This document shows, one piece after another, positions 59,118 through 64,000 of a stretch of 64,000 nucleotides of DNA. A program made the position numbers and the translations under genes. Each line of letters begins with the position of its first letter. Within the stretch, counting starts at the first letter, position 1. The notes under the pieces are model-generated. The model was not told where the DNA came from, did no database searches, and saw only the letters and a list, made by a program, of their open reading frames with translations. Origin of the DNA: Planctomycetota bacterium (GTDB lineage: Bacteria > Planctomycetota > UBA1135 > UBA2386); contig JBKAGP010000001.1 in assembly GCA_046290465.1 (NCBI GenBank), positions 4,192,001 to 4,256,000 of the forward strand. Reading direction: 5' to 3'.

Positions 59118-60338
59118 TCAGGCGGTGGCGGCGGCGCGGACTTCGTCGTCGGTGAGCAGGCGCTTGCTCGACTTGCCGGCCTCGAGGACCTTGGCGACGA
59201 CCTCGTCGGTGGGCTCGATGCCGAGGCGTTCGAGCACGAACGCGGCGTTCGAACGGCCGGCCATCGGGCCGACGGCGATCTTCTGCTCGAGCCCGACCAT
59301 GTGCGCCGGCACGCCCGAGTAGACCGAATCGGCCAGCTCGGTGTCGCCCTTCCGGAACGCCTTGATCACCGCCGCGGCGTGCACGCCGGTGCCGGTCTCG
59401 AACGCGTCCTGGCCGAGCACCGGGTAGTTGTGCGGGATCTCGACCTCGAGCGCCTTCGACGCGGCCTCGACGTAGCCCGGCAGCGTGGTCAGGTCGTTGT
59501 CGATCCAGCCCAGCAGCTTGCAGTTGACCAGCAGCTGGTCCATCGGTGCGTTGCCGGCGCGTTCGCCGACGCCCAGCGCGGTGCCGTGCACGCGGTCGGC
59601 GCCGGCTTCGATCGCGGCCAGGCAGTTGGCGATGCCGAGGTCGCGGTCCCGGTGGCCGTGCCAGTCGACGCCGATCGTCGTGTCGTGCTCGTCGGCCAGC
59701 TCGCGGACGAACCTGACCACCGCCGCCGCGCCAGCCGGCGTCGCATGGCCGACGGTGTCGCAGACGCACAGGCGCCGCGCGCCGAGCTCGATCGCCGTCG
59801 AATACAGCGCCCGCACGGTATCGGGCATCGCACGGGTCGTGTCCTCGGTGACGTACATGACCGGCAGGTCGTGGTCCCGCGCAAACGTCAGCGCGTCGCG
59901 CGTGTTCTGCAGCATGCGCTCGAGGGTCCAGTCCTCGGCGTATTGACGGATGTAGCTGCTGCCGATGAACGCACACACCTCGATCGGGATGCCGGCCTTC
60001 TGGGTCATCTCGACGACCGGCTCGATGTCGCTGACGACGGTGCGGCAGGCGACGTTGACGCCGATCTTCAGCTTGTTGTCGGCGATGTGCCGGGCGAGCT
60101 TCAGGATGTCCTCGCGCGGGCGGCCGCCGGCGCCGGGCAGGCCGACGTTGGCGGTGTGGATGCCCAGCTTGTCCATGCGCTCGATCAGGTCGATCTTGAG
60201 GTCGAGCGTGGGGTCGCTGACGGCCGGCGACTGCAGGCCGTCACGCAGGGTTTCGTCGTCGAATTGCAGCGGACGGCTCGGCTTGAAGCTGCCGTCGGTC
60301 TGGTTCCAGTCGTGGATGAGGTCCGCGATGCGCGTCAT
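59118..60338 (-). CDS. leuA: DRE-TIM metallolyase, 2-isopropylmalate/homocitrate synthase-like, lacking the regulatory domain
   Basis: DETLRDGLQ, EDTTR, CDTVG, HGHRDRDLG, GERAGN; 406 aa. Confidence 0.75.
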   Translation of the reverse strand: MTRIADLIHDWNQTDGSFKPSRPLQFDDETLRDGLQSPAVSDPTLDLKIDLIERMDKLGIHTANVGLPGAGGRPREDILKLARHIADNKLKIGVNVACRTVVSDIEPVVEMTQKAGIPIEVCAFIGSSYIRQYAEDWTLERMLQNTRDALTFARDHDLPVMYVTEDTTRAMPDTVRALYSTAIELGARRLCVCDTVGHATPAGAAAVVRFVRELADEHDTTIGVDWHGHRDRDLGIANCLAAIEAGADRVHGTALGVGERAGNAPMDQLLVNCKLLGWIDNDLTTLPGYVEAASKALEVEIPHNYPVLGQDAFETGTGVHAAAVIKAFRKGDTELADSVYSGVPAHMVGLEQKIAVGPMAGRSNAAFVLERLGIEPTDEVVAKVLEAGKSSKRLLTDDEVRAAATA

Positions 60339-60488
60339 GGGGCGAACATTATGCCGTATGGTCGGGGCTCCGAACCCCTCGAAAGGAGATCTTGGCGCTG
60401 GCCTGACGACCCCAGCGAGCGCGGTCGTCGGTTCGCCGACGCAGCCGCTGAGCTGGCCCCGGCCGCCGCGCGCCTGCATGATCCGGGC

Positions 60489-61805
60489 GTGATCGTGATG
60501 AAGTTCGGTGGCACCTCGGTGGGAGGTGCGGCGGCGATCGGCCAGGTCGTCGAGGTCGTGCGCAGCCAGCTGCAGCGGCGGCCGGTGGTGGTCGTGTCGG
60601 CGCATGCCGGCGTGACCGACGCGCTGCTGGCGGCGGCCAGGGCGGCGGCGACCGGCGAGGCCGACACCGGTGCGATCGTCGCGCGCCACCGCGAGATCCT
60701 GCGCGGCCTGTCGCTCGACGAGCACCTGCTCGATCCGCTGCTCGACGAACTGCGCGACCTCGCCCGTGGCGTGCGGCTGGTCGGCGAGACCAGTGCCAAG
60801 GTCGTCGACGCGATGGCCAGCTACGGCGAACGGCTCAGCTCGCGCGTGGTCGCCGCGGCGCTGAACGCCAACGGGGTCGAGGCCGAGGCGGTCGACTCGT
60901 TCGCCGCGGGCCTGCGCACCGACAGCTCGTTCGGGCGCGCCCGGCCGCAGCCGGACGACGGCCGGATCCTGCGCCACCTGCAGGGGGTTCGCGGCGTGCC
61001 GGTGATGACCGGGTTCCTCGGCGCGGACGAGCACGGCAACATCACCACGCTCGGTCGCAACGGCAGCGACTACTCGGCCGCGCTGATCGGCGCGGCGATC
61101 GGCGCCGAGGAGGTGCAGATCTGGAAGGACGTCGACGGCGTGCACACCGCCGATCCGCGGCTGGTCGCCGACGCGCAGCCGATCCGCCGGATGAGCTTCG
61201 CCGACGTCGCCGACCTGGCGTCGTTCGGCAGCAAGGTGCTGCACCCGGCGGCGATGGTGCCGGCGATGCAGCAGGGCATCCCGCTGCGCGTGCGCAACAC
61301 GCTGTCGCCGGAGGCCGAGGGCACGACCATCGAGGCCGAGGTCGAGGCCAGCCGGCCGGTCGTGCGCGCGATCGCGCACCGCGACCACGTGGCGCTGATC
61401 ACCGTGCGTTCGCACCGCCTGGTGCCGCAGCATGCGTTCCTGGCCAAGGTGTTCAGCAAGCTGGACGACATCGAGTGCGACGTCGGCCCGGTCGCCGTCG
61501 GCGAGGCGGCGGTGACGGTGGCGGTCGAGGAGCCGTTCGCAGAACGGGCCGCGGCGCGGCTGCAGGGCCACGGCGAGGTGCAGCAAACGTCGGGACGTGC
61601 GGTCGTCGGCGTGATCGGCGATGCTTCGGTGCTCGAGAACGGCGGCATCGGCGAGGTCCTTTCCGAACTGGCCCGCGCCGGCATCGCCGTTCGCTGCGCC
61701 GGCCTCGGCGCGCTCGGCAGCACCGTCGCGTTCGCGGTGGCGTCCGAGCGGCTGACCGAGACCGTGCAGCTGCTGCACCGCCGCTTCTTCTCCGCCACCC
61801 GATGA
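60489..61805 (+). CDS. lysC: Aspartate kinase
   Basis: MKFGGTSVG, VVVVSA, SYGE, TTLGRNGSDYSA, WKDVDGV.TADP, GSKVLHP, ACT-like tail. Confidence 0.92.
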   Translation: MIVMKFGGTSVGGAAAIGQVVEVVRSQLQRRPVVVVSAHAGVTDALLAAARAAATGEADTGAIVARHREILRGLSLDEHLLDPLLDELRDLARGVRLVGETSAKVVDAMASYGERLSSRVVAAALNANGVEAEAVDSFAAGLRTDSSFGRARPQPDDGRILRHLQGVRGVPVMTGFLGADEHGNITTLGRNGSDYSAALIGAAIGAEEVQIWKDVDGVHTADPRLVADAQPIRRMSFADVADLASFGSKVLHPAAMVPAMQQGIPLRVRNTLSPEAEGTTIEAEVEASRPVVRAIAHRDHVALITVRSHRLVPQHAFLAKVFSKLDDIECDVGPVAVGEAAVTVAVEEPFAERAAARLQGHGEVQQTSGRAVVGVIGDASVLENGGIGEVLSELARAGIAVRCAGLGALGSTVAFAVASERLTETVQLLHRRFFSATR

Positions 61806-63037
61806 GCACGCACCCCACCACCCTCGCGATGCTGCGCGACGCCGTCGTCGTCGCCGCGGTCGCGGTGCTGACGGTGCAGGCGCTGCGGCGCTGGTGCGGT
61901 GACCGCTACCTGGTGCCGTCCGACAGCATGCAGCCGGTGCTCTACGGCGACCCCGAGGACGGCGACGTCGTGTATGTCGACAAGCTCGCCAGCGCCGCGT
62001 CGTGCCGCCGCGGCGATCTGGTCGTCGTCGAGAACCCGGCGATGCCGGGCCACCAGCTGGTCAAGCGCATCGCCGCGTCGGGCGACGACGCGCTGTGCTG
62101 GATCGACATCCTCAAGGGCGACATCTGGCTCGGCGAGAGCAAGGATCGCATGCGACGCGAGGTCAAGCAGCCGCGCGCCGCGATGGAGCGCAGCGTCACC
62201 TGGGCGGTCGCCGGCGACTCGCGCCAGGCGCACGAAGTGCTCGACATGCGCGCCGCCGAGGCGGTGCAGGACGGTCCTTGGGTGCTGCCGCCGATGGCGC
62301 GCGGGCTCGCCGACGTGCGGTCGGGCTTTCGCGTCGGCGCGCACGAGGTCCGCCACCGGGAGCCAGCCGACGGTGTGCTGCCGCGGGGCACGATCGGCAC
62401 CAGCCAGCCGGTCGACGCGACGTTCCTCGACGCCAAGGGGGTGCGAAGCCTCGGCGGCGACGACGTCTCGGTGGCCGACTGCGGCATGGAGCTGGCGCTG
62501 AGCAAGCGGCCCAAGGTGCTGCTGCTGTCGATCGACAGCAGCGACTTCGCCACCACGTTCGTCTGGAACGGCGAAGGCAACACGCTGCAGGTCTGGGTCG
62601 ACGGCCGCGTCGTCAGCGAGCAGAACGGCGTGCTGCAGGAGTCGTGGAACGGCGAGGTCGCGTTCGGCCGCCTCGACGGCCGCGACTTCGTGATGCTCGG
62701 CCCGACCCACGAGTTCGTGCTCGAGACGCCGGGGGTGTCGCTGCTGCCGCGGCCGCGCACGTGGCTGCACGTCGGCGTCGTCGGCGAGGAGGACGCGCGC
62801 ATCGACCGGCTGCGCGTGTTCCGCGACGTGTTCTCGTATCGCGAGCCGGTCAACAGCATCGGCGAGCAGAGCCCCTGGCCGAAGTTCGTGCGCAAGGGGC
62901 ACTGGTTCCTGCTCGGTGACAACGCGTTCGACTCGCGCGACAGCCGGCAGATCGGCGACGTGCCGATCGACAATTTCCTCGGCAAGCCGACCTACGTGAT
63001 CGGTCCCTGGGGCCGCGCCCGCAAGCTGCCACGATGA
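61802..63037 (+). CDS. lepB: Signal peptidase I with a large insertion
   Basis: VPSDSMQP (Ser), LVKRI (Lys), FLLGDN..DSRDSR. Confidence 0.82.
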   Translation: MSTHPTTLAMLRDAVVVAAVAVLTVQALRRWCGDRYLVPSDSMQPVLYGDPEDGDVVYVDKLASAASCRRGDLVVVENPAMPGHQLVKRIAASGDDALCWIDILKGDIWLGESKDRMRREVKQPRAAMERSVTWAVAGDSRQAHEVLDMRAAEAVQDGPWVLPPMARGLADVRSGFRVGAHEVRHREPADGVLPRGTIGTSQPVDATFLDAKGVRSLGGDDVSVADCGMELALSKRPKVLLLSIDSSDFATTFVWNGEGNTLQVWVDGRVVSEQNGVLQESWNGEVAFGRLDGRDFVMLGPTHEFVLETPGVSLLPRPRTWLHVGVVGEEDARIDRLRVFRDVFSYREPVNSIGEQSPWPKFVRKGHWFLLGDNAFDSRDSRQIGDVPIDNFLGKPTYVIGPWGRARKLPR

Positions 63038-63606
63038 GCGAACCCGACGACCAGCGAGAACCGGACGAAGAGCCGGAGCCGGGCATGGTGCTCGCTGCCG
63101 GCGTCGTGATCTACGGCGCCATGGGCGGTGCGGCGCTGCTGTGGCTGTGGTTTCGCGATCGCCTCGACGTGCTCGGCGAACGGTCGGTCGGCGAGCACGG
63201 CGTGCTGGCGGGCTCGGCGCTCGGGCTCGGCGTCGGGGTCGCGGGCGCGTTCGTCGTCGATCGCATCAGCCGTCGGTTCCGCAGCTTCGAGGAGCTGACG
63301 TCGACCGCTCAACGGCTGTTCGCGCGCTCCGGGGAGGGCGTTGGCATCGCCTTCGCGCTGATTTCGGCGGTGGCCGAGGAGTTGTTCTTCCGGCTGGCCG
63401 TGCAGGACGTCTTCGGCCTGGTCGGTTCTGTTGCCGCCTACGTCTTGCTGAATAGCAGTGTGGGTGGGCTCCGATGGATCGCCTTCACGGTCGCGCACGC
63501 GCTGGTGCTCGGCCTGATCGTGCAGTCGGGCTTCGGCCTGCTCGGCTCGACCACCGCCCACGCCATCCTCAATCACCTCTGCCTGCGCAGGATCCAGGAT
63601 TCATGA
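63034..63606 (+). CDS. CPBP (CAAX/Abi) intramembrane protease family protein
   Basis: Multiple TM helices, AEELFFR, AHAILN. Confidence 0.72.
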   Translation: MSEPDDQREPDEEPEPGMVLAAGVVIYGAMGGAALLWLWFRDRLDVLGERSVGEHGVLAGSALGLGVGVAGAFVVDRISRRFRSFEELTSTAQRLFARSGEGVGIAFALISAVAEELFFRLAVQDVFGLVGSVAAYVLLNSSVGGLRWIAFTVAHALVLGLIVQSGFGLLGSTTAHAILNHLCLRRIQDS

Positions 63607-64000
63607 TGCACTTCCTTCGATCGCGAGCGACTTCGCTCACGGCGCCGCTGTTCTGCCTGCTGCCGCTGCTGGCGCAGGAGAAGCCGCGTCCGCCGCAGCC
63701 GATGCTGCTGCCGCTGGGCCTGGCGCTGCCGCGAGCGGACCGTGAGATCACCATCGACGGCTCGCTGATCGATTGGCCGAAGCTGCCGGCGATGCAGCTC
63801 AACGACCGCCGCCAGCTGTCGGGCACCGGCCACGGCGCGTGGCGCGGCTTCGACGACGCCAGCGCGGTGGTGTTCATGCTGTGGGACCAGAACGGCCTCT
63901 ACATCGCGTGCTCGGCGCGCGACGAATGGCACCGCGCGCTCGACGCCAACACGCTGCTGCTGACCGAGATCCCGGCCGCCGATTCGCTGGTGCTGACGTT
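63603..64000 (+). CDS. Secreted CBM9/DOMON-like protein, truncated by window edge
   Basis: Manual translation: signal-like N-terminus, ITIDGSLIDW, DASA...LWDQNGLYIA...RD. Confidence 0.68.
   Translation, partial: MMHFLRSRATSLTAPLFCLLPLLAQEKPRPPQPMLLPLGLALPRADREITIDGSLIDWPKLPAMQLNDRRQLSGTGHGAWRGFDDASAVVFMLWDQNGLYIACSARDEWHRALDANTLLLTEIPAADSLVLT

Overview
High-GC bacterial chromosome segment, inferred to be Planctomycetota from its ECF sigma/Ser-Thr kinase pairs, insert-bearing signal peptidase and secretome style. It spans the probable replication origin (dnaA-dnaN-dciA-gyrB). Upstream lie pntA, pyrF, a complete bacillithiol gene set (bshC, bshB1, bshA), an orphan parA and a cysteine desulfurase. 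An accessory-looking block of about 18 kb (16.2-34.5 kb) holds two ECF/kinase/secreted-protein modules and an unusual MCE transporter. Further on are tatA/B, ettA, a nucleotidyltransferase-wHTH pair, a coupled kdsD-kdsC-(1001 aa)-lptD operon, fmt, rsmB, a short leuA-like gene, lysC and lepB. The most striking unexplained patterns are: (1) short non-3n tandem repeats that each begin across the stop codon of five unrelated genes; (2) a shared C-terminal motif on three unrelated secreted proteins, a possible sorting signal; (3) a 1001-aa LptC/LptA-like protein; (4) an MCE-MCE-pseudo-protease next to an ATPase-permease fusion; (5) a roughly 155-nt nested-stem element after dnaA. All family calls come from motifs recognised by eye, not from database searches. 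No rRNA, tRNA, CRISPR array or transposase was seen.
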